A stretch of DNA of 61,627 nucleotides, filler included, from Thermodesulfobacteriota bacterium (GCA_036381125.1; 5 parts of 5 records of this genome joined end to end with filler, not necessarily neighbours in it), one strand, 5' to 3'; positions 1 to 9,829 are shown, counted from the whole stretch's first letter. Notes: generated by a model not told the origin, from the sequence alone. Numbers and translations: made by a program.

Positions 1-1014
1 GGTCCCGGCGTCCTCCAGCTCGAGACGGTTGCTCCGCCTTCGCCCCGCGACGCCGAGGTGCTCGTCCGGGTCGACGCGTGCGGCGTCTGCTTCCACGACG
101 TCCTGGCGCGACGCGGCCTGCTGCGGCGCCGGGTACGCATGCCCCTGGTGCCCGGCCACGAGGTGGCCGGCGTCGTCGAGGCGGTCGGGCCGGCGGTGCG
201 CCGGCTGAAGCCGGGCGATCGCGTCGCGTCGACGCAGCGCCGGCGTGTCTGCGGGCGCTGCCGCTACTGCCGCTGCGGCCGGGAAGCGTCCTGCCCCGAA
301 CGGGAAGGGCTCGGCGACGCCGGCCTCAACGGCGGCTACGCGGAGCTGGTCTGCATCGACGAGGCCACCCTCGCCCTCGTGCCCGACGGGATCCCGCCGG
401 AGCAGGCGGCGATCGCCGGCTGCGCGATCGGGACGGCGCTGCACGCCGTACGCGACGCGGGGGGCGTTCGGCCCGGGCACGCGGTGCTGGTGACCGGCGC
501 GAGCGGAGGCATCGGAATCCACGCCGTACAGCTCGCCCGGCTGGCCGGCGGGTTCGTGGTCGCGGTCACGACCTCCCCGAGGAAGGCGCAGCGGATCGGC
601 GAGCTGGGCGCCCACGAGGTCCTGGTCGCACGGCCGGGAGAGGACTTCTCGGCAGCCGTCAGGGAGCTGACCGGGGGAGCCGGCGTGGACGTGGCCATCG
701 ATACCGTCGGCTCCCCGCTCTTTCACCCGACCCGCCGCAGCCTCGCCCCGGGCGGACGCTGGGTGCTCGCCGGACAGCTCACCGACGAGCCGGTGCCGTT
801 CAACCCGGCGCAGCTTCTCCTGCGGGACCTCTCGATCGCGAGCGCCTGGGGAGCCGCGCGCACGCAGCTCGAGGACGCCCTCCGGCTCGTCCGCCTGGGG
901 CAGGTGACGCCGGTCGTCGCCAGCCCCGTGCCGCTCGAGGAGGCCGCGGCCGCGCACGAGCGGCTCGAGCGGGCCGAGGCCACGGGGCGGCTCGTGCTGA
1001 GCCCGCTCGCCTGA
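1..1014 (+). CDS. Zn-dependent alcohol dehydrogenase / MDR-family oxidoreductase (5' truncated by the window edge)
   Basis: CGVCFHD catalytic-Zn motif, PGHE motif, structural-Zn Cys cluster CGRCRYCRCGREASC and Rossmann VLVTGASGGIG; frame is open from base 1. Confidence 0.85.
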   Translation, partial: GPGVLQLETVAPPSPRDAEVLVRVDACGVCFHDVLARRGLLRRRVRMPLVPGHEVAGVVEAVGPAVRRLKPGDRVASTQRRRVCGRCRYCRCGREASCPEREGLGDAGLNGGYAELVCIDEATLALVPDGIPPEQAAIAGCAIGTALHAVRDAGGVRPGHAVLVTGASGGIGIHAVQLARLAGGFVVAVTTSPRKAQRIGELGAHEVLVARPGEDFSAAVRELTGGAGVDVAIDTVGSPLFHPTRRSLAPGGRWVLAGQLTDEPVPFNPAQLLLRDLSIASAWGAARTQLEDALRLVRLGQVTPVVASPVPLEEAAAAHERLERAEATGRLVLSPLA

Positions 1015-1047
1015 CCGCGAGCCGGCGCGACCAGGGGCCGCCCCGGG

Positions 1048-1893
1048 TCAGGCCGGCGTTGCCCGCGCGGTCATGCAGGCCCGCCCTTGCGCGTCGCGCG
1101 TCGACAGCTCCACCCGACCCGCCTCGTCGTACCCGACGCACCAGAACGGGGAGCCGTCGAAGAGGGGCCGCCGTGCCCGGAACTCGAACGCCCGGACCTC
1201 CCGGTCCGGCCGCTCCCGACGCAGCAGGTCGAGCAGGAGGATCGCCTGCAGCGGCCCGTGCACGACGAGTCCGGGGTAGCCCTCCACGCCGGTCGCGTAC
1301 TGGCGGTCGTAATGGATCCGGTGGCCGTTGGCGGTGAGCGCCGAGAACCGGAACAGCGTCACCGGGTCCGGGTTCACCTCGCGCCGCCACGCCCCCGCCG
1401 GGAGGGGCTCGGGGGGAGGCTCGGCCGCCTGCCTGGCGGCGCCGGTGTCGGGCCCTCGATAGACGAGGTCCTGCTCCTCCACCACGGCAAGCCCGCCGGG
1501 GCCCGACAGCTCGTGCCGCACCGTCACGAAGACGAGCGGACCGGACGCGCCGGTCTTCTCCTGCACCGACTGGATGGTCGAGACTCGCTCGACCGGGTCG
1601 CCGACGCGCAACGCCCCGTGAAACGTCAGCCGGCCCCCCGCGAACATCCGCCGCGGCAGCGCGACCGGCGGCAGGAACCGCCCGCGGCGCGGATGACCGT
1701 CCGGCCCGATCTCCGACCGACGCACCCAGTGAAGGAAGAAGAACCAGTGCCAGAGGGGCGGCAGCACCCCGCGCGGCGAGACCTCCGCCCATGTCGCGTC
1801 GAGGAGCGCCGCCACCCCCTCGAGCGGCCCGGCCGTGATCACGTCGCGGCGGCGCTCCTCGCGTCCGATGTAGTCGCGATAGTCCTCTGCCAC
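1048..1893 (-). CDS. Hot-dog fold acyl-CoA hydratase (mesaconyl-C4-CoA / itaconyl-CoA hydratase-like)
   Basis: LPPLWHW...GPDGHPRRG.FLPPVALPRRMFAGG and FRFSALTANGHRIHYD...GLVVHGPL motifs; GTG start at 1893 with AAGGAGG SD. Confidence 0.8.
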   Translation of the reverse strand: MAEDYRDYIGREERRRDVITAGPLEGVAALLDATWAEVSPRGVLPPLWHWFFFLHWVRRSEIGPDGHPRRGRFLPPVALPRRMFAGGRLTFHGALRVGDPVERVSTIQSVQEKTGASGPLVFVTVRHELSGPGGLAVVEEQDLVYRGPDTGAARQAAEPPPEPLPAGAWRREVNPDPVTLFRFSALTANGHRIHYDRQYATGVEGYPGLVVHGPLQAILLLDLLRRERPDREVRAFEFRARRPLFDGSPFWCVGYDEAGRVELSTRDAQGRACMTARATPA

Positions 1894-1916
1894 GTCCCCC
1901 TCCTTCGCCGGCGCGC

Positions 1917-2522
1917 TCAGCGTGCCGCGCCGGGCTCCGCGGTGAAGTCCACCTCGCCCGAGGCCGTGATCGTCGCGAACCGGCGCAGCAGCGCGATCGC
2001 GTCGCGGTGCTCCTCCTCGCTCAGCGCGGCGCAGCAGTCCTCGATGACGACGCACTCGTAATCGCGGTCGTGCCCTTCCCGCACCGCGGCCTGGACCACG
2101 GCGTTGGTCGACACGCCCGAAAGGTAGAGCCTTCGGATCCCGTTGGCGCGCAGGATCGGCTCGAGGGTGGTTCCGTAGAAGGGGCTCACCCGGTGCTTGA
2201 CGATGTCGAAATCGCCGGGGCGCGGGGCCAGTGCCGGGTGGACCTCGGTCCCCCAGGTGCCGAGCTTGAAGAGCCCGGCGGCCTTCGCCCGGGAGAAGAT
2301 CGGCGAGCCTGGCGGGCACTCGCCGTAGTCGGGCGAGAAACCGACCCGGACGTAGCCGATCCGGATGCCGGCCTGTCGCGCCTTCGCGATGGCGGCCGCG
2401 GTTTTCTCGACGGCGCTCCGGCGCCGGACCTCCGTCCCGTACGGACCCTGTGCGCTTGGACCCTGCTCGTGGACCAGGTCGTTGATCATGTCGAGCACGA
2501 GGTAGACCGAGCGCGGTGCCAT
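1917..2522 (-). CDS. Isochorismatase-family (cysteine hydrolase) protein
   Basis: VLDMIND, KHRVSPFYGTTLE, GVSTNAVV and HDRDY..VIEDCCAA motifs; ATG at 2522 with GGAGG SD. Confidence 0.85.
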   Translation of the reverse strand: MAPRSVYLVLDMINDLVHEQGPSAQGPYGTEVRRRSAVEKTAAAIAKARQAGIRIGYVRVGFSPDYGECPPGSPIFSRAKAAGLFKLGTWGTEVHPALAPRPGDFDIVKHRVSPFYGTTLEPILRANGIRRLYLSGVSTNAVVQAAVREGHDRDYECVVIEDCCAALSEEEHRDAIALLRRFATITASGEVDFTAEPGAAR

Positions 2523-2577
2523 GGCGTAGCCTCCGTGAGTGTGCGAGACGTCCCGGGTGCCGACCGGCCCCGGCAAC

Positions 2578-3315
2578 CTAGACTCCTGTGAAGCGGGGCG
2601 GGCGCTTCTCGAAGAAGGCCCGCAGCCCCTCCGCGCGATCCTCCGTCGTCATGAGGAGGAAGTTCAGGTCCGCTTCGAGCCGGAGGGCCTGCGGCAGCGG
2701 GAGGTCCGCCCCGCACCGGACCGCCTCCTTGCAGTAGCGGCTCGCGAGCGGTGCCTTGCCGGCGATGTCCCTGGCGAGGGCCCTGGCGGCCTCCCGGAGG
2801 TCGGAGGAAACGACTCGGGCCACGAGGCCGACGGCGAGCGCCTCGTCCGCACCGAGCGCGCGCCCGGTCAGGAGCATCTCCATCGCCACCGCCCGGGGCA
2901 CGAGCCGCGGCAGGTACTGCGTGCCGCCGGCCACCGGGAGGCGTCCCCGCACCACCTGCGGCATCGCGAACGTCGCCGCCCGCGAGGCGATCCGGATGTC
3001 GCAGGCGAGGGCCAGCTCGAGTCCCTCGGCCACGGCCGGGCCGCCGATGGCTGCAACGACCGGCTTGGCAAGCGCCCTGACCGCGGCCACGGGCGCCACG
3101 AGCGTCTCGGCGTCCGGCGGGAGCGGCTCCGGCAGGCCGGCACAGAAGCCCCGGCCGCCTATGAGTACGACCCGGACCGCGTCGTCGGTCGCCGCCCGCT
3201 CGAGCGCGTCGAGCAGGTCGCACGCGAACCGCTCGTCGAGGAGCGGCTCGGGCCCCCGCGGCAATCCGATCTCCGCCACGCCGGCCACGGTCCGGTACGT
3301 CACGCTCGGCGGCAC
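2578..3315 (-). CDS. Enoyl-CoA hydratase/isomerase (crotonase family)
   Basis: KPVVAAIGGPAVAEGLELALACDIRIA, GGTQYLPRLV and C-terminal EGLRAFFEKRPPRF; GTG at 3315 with GGGGAGGA SD. Confidence 0.85.
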   Translation of the reverse strand: MPPSVTYRTVAGVAEIGLPRGPEPLLDERFACDLLDALERAATDDAVRVVLIGGRGFCAGLPEPLPPDAETLVAPVAAVRALAKPVVAAIGGPAVAEGLELALACDIRIASRAATFAMPQVVRGRLPVAGGTQYLPRLVPRAVAMEMLLTGRALGADEALAVGLVARVVSSDLREAARALARDIAGKAPLASRYCKEAVRCGADLPLPQALRLEADLNFLLMTTEDRAEGLRAFFEKRPPRFTGV

Positions 3316-3340
3316 CGCTCGCGGTCCTCCCCTGGCCTCG

Positions 3341-3544
3341 TCACGCCGCGACCGCCCATCGTTCCTCGGGCGCGTCGAGCGGCCGCGGCGCGCCGGCCGC
3401 GGCGAGGCGCTCGAGCAGGTTACCCCGCCTCGCCACGATGGCAAGCCGCACCGCTTCGGCAGCGAGCAGCTCGGCGATACCCCACCCGACGCCGGCGCTC
3501 GCCCCGGTCACCAGCGCCACGCGACTGTTCGGTTCCAGGCCCAC
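3341..3544 (-). pseudogene. Truncated short-chain dehydrogenase (N-terminal Rossmann part only)
   Basis: RVALVTGASAGVGWGIAELLAAE...IVARR, then a stop after 67 aa; no YxxxK. Confidence 0.65.
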
Positions 3545-3545
3545 C

Positions 3546-5141
3546 TCACCCTCCTGCGTCCCGCTGTCTCGATTCCGGCCGCGCCCCCACCGCCTGCCGG
3601 CACCGAGCCGCGAAGAGGGGGTCGGCCCACGACAGCTCCCCGCCCGTCCAGGTCGCCAGGACCTTCGCGCTCACCAGCTCCCCCTCGGAGCAGGTCTCGA
3701 GGTCCCGATCGACGACCACGAGGTCGGCCTCGCATCCGGGCACGATCCGACCGGCCAGGGCCCCCCATCCGCTCGCCGCGCGGGCCCCCGTCGTGTACGC
3801 CTCGATGGCCGCGCGGCGGCCGATCGCCTGCTCGCCGCCGACGGGTGTACCCGAACGATCGCGACGGCCGACGGCCGCGGCAATCCCCACCCAGGGATCG
3901 GGCGGCACGACGGGCGCGTCCGAGCCGAAGGCCAGCGGGATGCCGGCGTCGAGGAGCGACCGCAACGGGTAGAGCCAGGTCTCCTCCCGGGGCGGAAGCG
4001 TACGGAGGTAGCCGGCTCCGTTCCAGTACACGAACGCCGGCTGGGTCGAGGCCACGGCACCGAGAGCGCCGAGCCTCTCCGCGAGCGGCGGCGGGACCCG
4101 CGCGAGGTGCTCGAGCCGCGTGACCGGCAGGTCGCGGCCCGATGCCCCGAGCACCTCCAGGGCGAGCCAGACGTCCTCCGGCTCGAGCGCGTGGAAGGCC
4201 GCGCCGAGCCGCCGTACCGCCTCGCCGTCGACCAGGCCGCGCAGCGCGTCGAGGTGCCGCCACTCGAAGCCGCCAGGGCCGAGAGGGACCTTGACCGGCC
4301 CCGCGCGCAGCCGCGCGCCGGGCGGGGTCGTGTCGGGCGGCGGCCACGAACCGCGACCGGCCGACCCGGTCCCGACGAGCATCGTCACTCGTTGGGGGAT
4401 GACCCCCGACGACTGGAGGCGGCCGAACCGCTCCCACGCCCGGACGCCGTTGCCCGGGCTCGCGTCGACGAACGCCGTGATCCCGAGGCCGAGGAGCCGC
4501 TCGGCCGCGGCCCGGCAGGCCTCGTCGGAGGGCGGCGACGCCGGGAAGAGGCGGCGCAGGAGCCGGCGGCACCCGACCAGGAGCCCCGTCGGCCGCCCGT
4601 CGCCGTCCAGGTCGATCCAGCCGCTGTCGTCCCGGAGCGTGCGGCGAAGCTCGAGGAGCCGCGCGAGCGCCGTGCTGTTGAGCACGTCCACGTGGCCGTT
4701 GCGGTGCTTGAGCCTGAGCGGCCGCTCGGCCTCGACCGCGTCGAGGTCGCGGCGGCTCGGGTGGCGGCCCTCCGCCATCTGGCGCTCGTCGTACCACCCG
4801 ACCTCGATCACGCGGGCGGCCGGCGACGCCGCGACGATCCGCGAGAGCCCGTCGAGCAGCTCGGCGACCGACCGGACGCGGTACGGATCGACGACCGGCC
4901 GGTCGAAGGCGGACGCGTAGGCGAAGAAGTGCAGGTGCGCGTCGCACAGACCGGGCAGCAGCGTCCACCCGCGGCAGTCGATCCGCCGGGCCCCCGCGGG
5001 CTCGCTGCCGGGGGGAATCGGCCCGACGGCCGACACCCGCCCGGCCGAGATCGCGACGTCCCGCGGACCCGGCGGGGCCCCGTCCATGGCGAGCACCCGC
5101 CCCCCGGCGAGCACGACCTTCCGCGTCGCGTCCGCGACCAT
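3546..5141 (-). CDS. Amidohydrolase (YtcJ-like, Amidohydro_3)
   Basis: LLPGLCDAHLH, HRNGHVDVLNSTAL, RLEH, FGSDAPV and ADLVVVDRD motifs; start estimated at ATG 5141. Confidence 0.8.
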   Translation of the reverse strand: MVADATRKVVLAGGRVLAMDGAPPGPRDVAISAGRVSAVGPIPPGSEPAGARRIDCRGWTLLPGLCDAHLHFFAYASAFDRPVVDPYRVRSVAELLDGLSRIVAASPAARVIEVGWYDERQMAEGRHPSRRDLDAVEAERPLRLKHRNGHVDVLNSTALARLLELRRTLRDDSGWIDLDGDGRPTGLLVGCRRLLRRLFPASPPSDEACRAAAERLLGLGITAFVDASPGNGVRAWERFGRLQSSGVIPQRVTMLVGTGSAGRGSWPPPDTTPPGARLRAGPVKVPLGPGGFEWRHLDALRGLVDGEAVRRLGAAFHALEPEDVWLALEVLGASGRDLPVTRLEHLARVPPPLAERLGALGAVASTQPAFVYWNGAGYLRTLPPREETWLYPLRSLLDAGIPLAFGSDAPVVPPDPWVGIAAAVGRRDRSGTPVGGEQAIGRRAAIEAYTTGARAASGWGALAGRIVPGCEADLVVVDRDLETCSEGELVSAKVLATWTGGELSWADPLFAARCRQAVGARPESRQRDAGG

Positions 5142-5179
5142 CCGGCACGTGGTTCCGTTCGCCGGCGCCTCGCGAGGCC

Positions 5180-6373
5180 TCAGCGAACGGTCGGCAGGTC
5201 GAGATCGAGGCTCGCCCCGTCGATCACCGGCTTCGCGGCGATGTCTCGCGACGGGAGGATCACGGTCGCGAGCCCCGGGGCGGTGACCTCGCCTCGCTGG
5301 TTCTCCCCCCGGATCTCGAGGTCGACCAGGGCGTACCCGTCCTTCCGGTACTTGCGCGTCACCTTCCCCTTGCACCACGTGGTGTCGCCCATGATGTTGA
5401 AGCGCCGCATCTCGCCCCGCAGCCGCTTCAGGAACGCCGCGTCCCCCATCCAGTTGGTCACGAGGGTCGCGAGCCAGGCCGTCCGCTGCGGGCCGTAGTC
5501 GTACGTGCCCGGGACCCCGACCTGCCTGGCGACCGAGTCGCGGTGGTGGCCGATGCCGGTGTACTCGATCCCCCCGCCTGCCTCCGGATTGCGGAAGTAG
5601 TGCCCCGGGTGCCGCCTGGCCGCCTCGAGGAGGATCCCGTGCGTGTGCCCGCGGCCGCAGCCGACGAGGAAGCCCATGGTGTCCATGAGCGACAGCGGGC
5701 CCCGCGCGATGGGCGGCAGCTCCTCGCCCTCGGCCACGTCCTCCCAGTAGCGCGGCTCCCCCCCTCTGATCCGCTTCGCTTCCCCGAGCACCGCCTCGTC
5801 GATCGCCTCGAGCTCGTCGGGACGGTACTCGTACGGCTTGACCTCCTTGTACTTGCCCTGCTCCCGCGACGCCTGCCGCTCGTGGCGCGTGGACCAGCCG
5901 AGGACGCGGGCGACCAGCTCGTCGCGCTGGTTCGTGAAGCTCGCCTCGACGTACTGCAGCACCAGCCGGCCGGAGAAGCGGCTCTCCTTGACCTCGACGC
6001 CGACGACCCGCTCGATGCAGCCGAGACGGTCGCCCGGCCGGACGTTCCGGAAGAACTCCCAGTCGTTGCCGGCGTAGAAGCCGTGGACGCCGGGGAAGCC
6101 CCACCGGGTGCGTCCGATCCACCCGTAGGCCATGGGGAACAACGGATGGCCGACCATCGTCCCGAAGCGCGTCTTGCGCCCGTACTCCGCGTCCCGGTAG
6201 AGCGGGTTCAGGTCGCCGATCCCGTTGCAGAAGTTCCTCAGCGTATCGATCGTGGCGTCCTGGAGGTACGGCCCTTCCGGGCGCAACAGGGCCCCGATCA
6301 TCCGCCGCGCCTGCTCGATCGCCTCCTCGGTGATCCGGCCCTCGACCGGAGCCTGACTGATCTCGGTTGTCAC
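5180..6373 (-). CDS. Double hot-dog (FAS1/MaoC-like) dehydratase
   Basis: RNFCNGIGDLNPLY in the N-terminal half; RYWEDVAEGEELP and LVTNWMGD...GDTTWCKGKV in the C-terminal half. Confidence 0.8.
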   Translation of the reverse strand: MTTEISQAPVEGRITEEAIEQARRMIGALLRPEGPYLQDATIDTLRNFCNGIGDLNPLYRDAEYGRKTRFGTMVGHPLFPMAYGWIGRTRWGFPGVHGFYAGNDWEFFRNVRPGDRLGCIERVVGVEVKESRFSGRLVLQYVEASFTNQRDELVARVLGWSTRHERQASREQGKYKEVKPYEYRPDELEAIDEAVLGEAKRIRGGEPRYWEDVAEGEELPPIARGPLSLMDTMGFLVGCGRGHTHGILLEAARRHPGHYFRNPEAGGGIEYTGIGHHRDSVARQVGVPGTYDYGPQRTAWLATLVTNWMGDAAFLKRLRGEMRRFNIMGDTTWCKGKVTRKYRKDGYALVDLEIRGENQRGEVTAPGLATVILPSRDIAAKPVIDGASLDLDLPTVR

Positions 6374-6450
6374 CTGAGTCCTCTCCTCGCCGCGCCGCGC
6401 CGGCCCGACGCCCCGCCTCGAGCCGGCGCGAGATGCGGCGTGTTCGTCGG

Positions 6451-7452
6451 TTAGCCCTTCAGCCCGTCCGGAACCCGGATCCCCTTCTCCTCCAGGTACC
6501 GGATCGTGCCGGGGTGCAGGGGGATCTTCGCCATCTCCGCCGTCAGCCTCGCGATGTCGAAATCGGCGACGGGCGGATAGACCTGGGCCTGCCGCGCCTT
6601 GTGCTGATCGATCGCCTTCACGATGCGGTAGACGACGTCCTCGGGAATGTCGGTCGTCCCGAGGATGTTGAGCGGGTAGGTCCAGGTCGTGTACTCGTAG
6701 TCGATGCCGGGGATCGAGCCGGCCGGGATCTTCACCCAGGGTTGAGCAGGGAACTTCTCCTTCAGCGTGGCGACCTGCCCGTCCGAGAATCCGAGCGCGC
6801 GGAGCGGCACGGACGTCTGGACGTCGAGGATGGCCGAGTCGGCCTTCGTGCCGAGGCCCCCCTTGGCGAAGCCGACGATCCGGCGGTCCTTGACCGCGTT
6901 GACGGCATCACCCATCGTGCCGCGGTGGTACTTCGGCCGGATGCCGAGGACCTCGAAGAACGCCTCGGTGGCCTTCTCCGTGGCGCTGCCGGCGCCGCCG
7001 GGCGAGAAGTTCTTGCCGTTCAGGTCGGACAGCGAGCGGACCCCCGAGTCCTCCCGCACCAGGTAGTGCTGCGCGTTGGAGCCGAAGTACCAGAGGATCC
7101 GGAGCTTCCTGGCTGCACGCCCCCGGAACTCTCCCTGGCCGTTGTAGGCGTTGTAATCCTCCGGCGTGCCGCTCAGGCCCATGTCGATCGCGCCCGAGAC
7201 GACCCGCCGCGTGTTCTCCGCCGCGGCGCCGGTTTCGACGACGGTCAGGTTGACGTTCGGGACGTTCTGGTTGACGATCTCGGCGACGGCGACGAAGTAG
7301 GCGTAGGTCCCCGACGACGCCGACGTGGCGCCGATGGAGAGCTGTCGCGTGGGCCCGGACTGGGCCGCATCGGCGCGGTCACGTTCTCCGCCCGGCGCGG
7401 CCAACACGAGCGCCGCGAGCGGGAGAGCAAGCAACGATCTGGCACGGAGCAT
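6451..7452 (-). CDS. TAXI-family TRAP transporter solute-binding protein
   Basis: Signal peptide, IGATSASSGTYAY, ETGAAAEN, GGAGSAT and C-terminal IPLHPGTIRYLEEKG; ATG 7452 with GGGAGG SD. Confidence 0.9.
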   Translation of the reverse strand: MLRARSLLALPLAALVLAAPGGERDRADAAQSGPTRQLSIGATSASSGTYAYFVAVAEIVNQNVPNVNLTVVETGAAAENTRRVVSGAIDMGLSGTPEDYNAYNGQGEFRGRAARKLRILWYFGSNAQHYLVREDSGVRSLSDLNGKNFSPGGAGSATEKATEAFFEVLGIRPKYHRGTMGDAVNAVKDRRIVGFAKGGLGTKADSAILDVQTSVPLRALGFSDGQVATLKEKFPAQPWVKIPAGSIPGIDYEYTTWTYPLNILGTTDIPEDVVYRIVKAIDQHKARQAQVYPPVADFDIARLTAEMAKIPLHPGTIRYLEEKGIRVPDGLKG

Positions 7453-7480
7453 GGACGAACCTCCCTTTTTCCGAAGGACG

Positions 7481-9436
7481 CTAGGTGGCATCGACGACAC
7501 GGGAGCGCCGGCGTAGCCGCAGAACGGCGAGGAGCGCGGCAAAGACGACGAGCGCTGCCAGACTCGCCCACGCGTGCGGCCAGATGAGGAGGAGCCCCAG
7601 GGCGACGAGGACGCCGCGCAGCCAGCCGGCGATCGGCTGGAACACGTAGCCCCGGTTTCCCATCTGCAGGGCGACGACGCCGGTCACCGCCGTGACGGCC
7701 GCGAGCGCGACGTGCCAGACGTCCCCGCTGAGCAGGAGCGCCGGATCGTAGGCGAAGAAGTACGGCACCACGAAACCGGCCAGTCCCAGGCGCACCGCCT
7801 CCCAGCCCGTTCGCCACCAGTTGCACCGGGCGATCGAGGCCGCGACCCACACGGCGGCGCAGACCGGCGGCGTGATGGCGCCGATGATCGCGAAGTAGAA
7901 GACGAACATGTGGGCGGGGAGCGGCTCCAGGCCGAGCCGGACGAGGGTCGGCGCGACCACCGCGGCTGCCAGCACGTACGCCGCCGTCGTCGGCAGCCCC
8001 ATGCCGAGGACGAGCGTGAGCAGCATGCTGAAGACCAGCGCCGCCAGGCGGTTGCCTCCCCCCGCGGCTACCAGCAGCTCGGAGAACTTCACGCCGACAC
8101 CGGTGAGGCCGACCATCGCGACGATGATCTCGGCCGTCGCGATCAGGACGGCGACGAGCGCGATCGCCTTGCCGCCCGACAGCAGCGCCGTGAACAGCGT
8201 ACGGAACCGGTCGCGGTAGGCCGTCGGCCCCCACGGCCCCAGGAAGACGACGATCGAACCCCACAACGCCACGTACGCCGCCGTCTCGGGGGTGAAGCCC
8301 TGTCCCATCATCAGGAGGAGGAGGCCGACCGGGATGACCAGAGGCGCGAGGCGGCCGACGGTGATCACCTCGCGCCACGCGGGGACGAGCTGCGGCGGCA
8401 CGCCCGGCAGCCCCCCCTTGAGCGCTTCCAGATGGATGCCGACCCAGATCGCCAGGTAGTAGAGGAGCGCCGGGAGGACGGCCGAGGCGGCGATCGTCCA
8501 GTACGACACGTTGATCATCTGCGCCATGACGAACGCGGCAGCGCCCATGATCGGCGGCACGAGCTGTCCGCCGGTCGAGGCGGTCGCCTCGACCGCCGCG
8601 GCGAACTCCGGGCGGTAGCCGGTCCGCTTCATCAGCGGGATGTTGAAGATCCCGTCGACGACGACGTTCGCGACCGCGCTCCCCGAGATCGTCCCGAAGA
8701 GCGAGCTCGAGACGACCGAGACCTTGGCCGGGCCGCCCGGCGCGCGCCCGGCGACGCAGCGCGCGATCGCCACGAACGAGTCGCCGCCGCCGGTATACTG
8801 GAGGACGGCGCCGAAGAGGAGGAAGACGGCGATGGTCGTCGCCGAGATGCCGGTGATCTCCCCCCAGAACCCCTGCGCGCTCAGGTAGAGCACCTCCTGG
8901 ACGACGTCGAAGCCGAAGCCGCGGTTCGTCCAGACGCCCGGAAGCCTGTCCCCGAACAGCGCGTACGCGATGGCGGCCAGCGCCATCGCGGGGAGGATCC
9001 AGCCGACCGTCCGCCGCCCCGCCTCGAGGACGGCGAGCGTGAGGCCGACGGAGAGCCATCGTTCCAGTTCGGTCGACGGCCGACCGACGGAGCGGATGAT
9101 CTCGTCGTAGTTGACCGTGACGTAGCCGGCCGTGACGAACGCCGCGGCAACCAGGAGCCAGTCGTAGGCGGGGACCCGCGACCGCGGCGACCGGCGGCCC
9201 GCCGGGAACGTCGCGAAGACGATGGCGAGCGCGAGACCCACGTGGACGGAGCGCTGCACCAGCACGGGAAGCACCCCGAAGGTGGCCGTGTAGAGCTGGA
9301 AGCCCACGAGGGCGAGGACGAGGGCAGCCGAGATGCCGTACGCGTAGCCGGCGAGCGGTCGCGGCTGCGACTCGCCCGGCACCTCCGGGACTTCGGCCGG
9401 CGCATCGGAGGTCTTCTCGGTCTGTACGGCCAGCAC
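7481..9436 (-). CDS. TRAP transporter fused 4TM/12TM permease
   Basis: GGPAKVSVVSSSLFGTISGSAVANV, ASTGGQLVPPIMGAAAF, GMGLPTTAAY and ITPPV motifs; GTG 9436 with AAGGAGG SD. Confidence 0.92.
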   Translation of the reverse strand: MLAVQTEKTSDAPAEVPEVPGESQPRPLAGYAYGISAALVLALVGFQLYTATFGVLPVLVQRSVHVGLALAIVFATFPAGRRSPRSRVPAYDWLLVAAAFVTAGYVTVNYDEIIRSVGRPSTELERWLSVGLTLAVLEAGRRTVGWILPAMALAAIAYALFGDRLPGVWTNRGFGFDVVQEVLYLSAQGFWGEITGISATTIAVFLLFGAVLQYTGGGDSFVAIARCVAGRAPGGPAKVSVVSSSLFGTISGSAVANVVVDGIFNIPLMKRTGYRPEFAAAVEATASTGGQLVPPIMGAAAFVMAQMINVSYWTIAASAVLPALLYYLAIWVGIHLEALKGGLPGVPPQLVPAWREVITVGRLAPLVIPVGLLLLMMGQGFTPETAAYVALWGSIVVFLGPWGPTAYRDRFRTLFTALLSGGKAIALVAVLIATAEIIVAMVGLTGVGVKFSELLVAAGGGNRLAALVFSMLLTLVLGMGLPTTAAYVLAAAVVAPTLVRLGLEPLPAHMFVFYFAIIGAITPPVCAAVWVAASIARCNWWRTGWEAVRLGLAGFVVPYFFAYDPALLLSGDVWHVALAAVTAVTGVVALQMGNRGYVFQPIAGWLRGVLVALGLLLIWPHAWASLAALVVFAALLAVLRLRRRSRVVDAT

Positions 9437-9482
9437 TCCCCACCCTCCTTCGCTGGAGGTCACGTCCTGCTCGGGTCGGCGC

Positions 9483-9638
9483 TCAGTCCGCCGACGGCAG
9501 GGCCCTCGGCTCGAGTACGACCATGGGGCGATCGCAGCAGGACACCCGCCCGTCGCCGCTCTGCGTGCAGAGCACCTGGGCCCCGCAGCCGCGGCACTCG
9601 TATCGCTTCCCGAGCTGGTTCTTCCCGGTCTCGCTCAC
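9483..9638 (-). CDS. Small desulforedoxin-like metal-binding protein (51 aa)
   Basis: NQLGKRYECRGCG...VSCCDRPM (CxxC...CC); GTG overlaps the upstream stop and is preceded by a GAGGAGGAGG SD. Confidence 0.75.
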   Translation of the reverse strand: MSETGKNQLGKRYECRGCGAQVLCTQSGDGRVSCCDRPMVVLEPRALPSAD

Positions 9639-9829
9639 CAGAGGTCCTCCTCCTCCTCGTCGGCCCGCCCTCGATCGGGCGCCGGCGCGGCCGGCGGCCT
9701 CGCGGCCGCCGGCGTGACGAGGTCCATCGGGCGGCCGCAGCAGGCGAGTACGCCGGTCCCGGGGCGCGTGACGAGGAAGGTCGCGCCGCACGTACCGCAC
9801 TGGTAGCGTTCACCGATTCTGGTCGGCAT
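9635..9829 (-). CDS. Small desulforedoxin-like metal-binding protein (64 aa)
   Basis: GERYQCGTCG...LACCGRPM (CxxC...CC); GGAG SD; overlaps the 3' end of the ligase by 20 nt. Confidence 0.7.
   Translation of the reverse strand: MPTRIGERYQCGTCGATFLVTRPGTGVLACCGRPMDLVTPAAARPPAAPAPDRGRADEEEEDLW

Noticed and set aside
3341-3343. Sec readthrough at the TGA of the SDR stub
   Set aside because: Not at a Cys-type motif, and no SDR homology continues downstream
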